Virus record (IMG/VR): IMGVR_UViG_3300005512_000173 | Span: 1-33,448 of that record | From: a virus | Lineage: Duplodnaviria; Caudoviricetes | DNA: 33,448 nucleotides | Direction: 5' to 3' (one strand) | Shown here: one piece after another, positions 32,689 through 33,448 of the stretch | How positions within the stretch are numbered: the stretch's first letter is position 1 | Layout: every line of letters begins with the position of its first letter | Notes under the pieces: generated by a model | Databases searched by the model: none | What the model was told of the DNA's origin: nothing | What the model saw: only the letters and a program-made list of their open reading frames with translations | Made by a program: the position numbers and the translations under genes

Positions 32689-33448
32689 TTATTTCTCCTT
32701 AGTATCGTAATGGTATCCAGAAACTGAATACTCATCATTATTGCCTGGATAATCTGCAGGAGATTCTCCTTCATATTCTGGAATGAGTCTCTCTCCATCA
32801 TTTCTAGTTCCAAATACATGGAAGAAGCAGTTGATAGGTAGTCCACCATTTGCTTGTAAGTGAACTATATTCTCTCCTATTCTCTTTACTATTACATTCT
32901 GATGTGCGCCAATTGGTGTCAAGTTAACTGTAATAGTAGTGGGATCAACAAGTTCTTTCCAATATTCTGGAAGATAAATCTTGTCTTTATTTCTAATCTT
33001 CCCTCTGAAGTATACGTCATTTGATGGTCCTTCGGGGCAAGTGTGGCGAAGTCTCCATCCCTCCTTCGTTGGGTGAGGAATATCAAAGTTTTTCTTAGCA
33101 GAGAGAATATGAGCACCACAATTGGAAACAATGTCACCTTGAGCACCAAGACTTTTACCAACAATCACATCAGAATTTGTTTCAACTCTACCAAGGAAAG
33201 CAGAGGATCCAGATACTGCTAGTGAAAATGGATTACTCGCAGGTCCAAAAGCAGTTGCACCAGGAACTAAGGTAGGTAATCCACTATGTGCTGGTGGTGT
33301 GATCATCACCGTAGCATAAGGAGTCGGAAACTTCTTATCAGCACCAAACAAAGCAGGTCCTTGTACATACTGAGAACCTTTGATCTTAGTTGCTGCAACT
33401 CCTAATGCAATAGGAATTTTGTTCTCTGGGCAGACAAGATGCTGTCCA
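32689..33448 (-). CDS. Structural/spike-like protein with FDIPHP...RH...EGP...YxRG domain, 5' end outside the window
   Basis: The frame stays open from the track start (TTG 33351) to the window edge (GQHLVCPENKIPIALG...); KNFDIPHP...LRHTCPEGPSNDVYFRG. Confidence 0.75.
   Translation of the reverse strand, partial: GQHLVCPENKIPIALGVAATKIKGSQYVQGPALFGADKKFPTPYATVMITPPAHSGLPTLVPGATAFGPASNPFSLAVSGSSAFLGRVETNSDVIVGKSLGAQGDIVSNCGAHILSAKKNFDIPHPTKEGWRLRHTCPEGPSNDVYFRGKIRNKDKIYLPEYWKELVDPTTITVNLTPIGAHQNVIVKRIGENIVHLQANGGLPINCFFHVFGTRNDGERLIPEYEGESPADYPGNNDEYSVSGYHYDTKEK

Overview
Fragment of a T4-like marine cyanophage (cyanomyovirus-type) genome, with essentially all genes on the minus strand. Most of the window (about 1.1-28.9 kb) is a mosaic cluster of tail-fibre, adhesin and chaperone genes built from shared modules and driven by T4-type late promoters (ATAAATA core). 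It is interrupted by a sigma70-driven island of 2OG-Fe(II) oxygenases. The right end holds a sigma70-driven unit with three tRNAs (CAU, Leu-UAA, Thr-UGU), an HNH endonuclease, a Mom-like DNA-modification gene and small ORFs, plus three further structural genes. The left end holds an HExxH protein and the start of a GIY-YIG endonuclease. The most notable observations are: (1) an HNH gene that appears to have split a tRNA(CAU) gene and whose own 3' end encodes a rebuilt, sequence-altered tRNA; (2) a Pro33-Arg8-'IIC' domain cassette that appears to split a glycine-rich adhesin; (3) a candidate ~58-nt sRNA whose 5' end is nearly complementary to the host Yfr1 motif; (4) a multi-fibre stalk/dock/tip architecture with visible recombination scars. 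Family assignments come from motif recognition only; no database searches were run.
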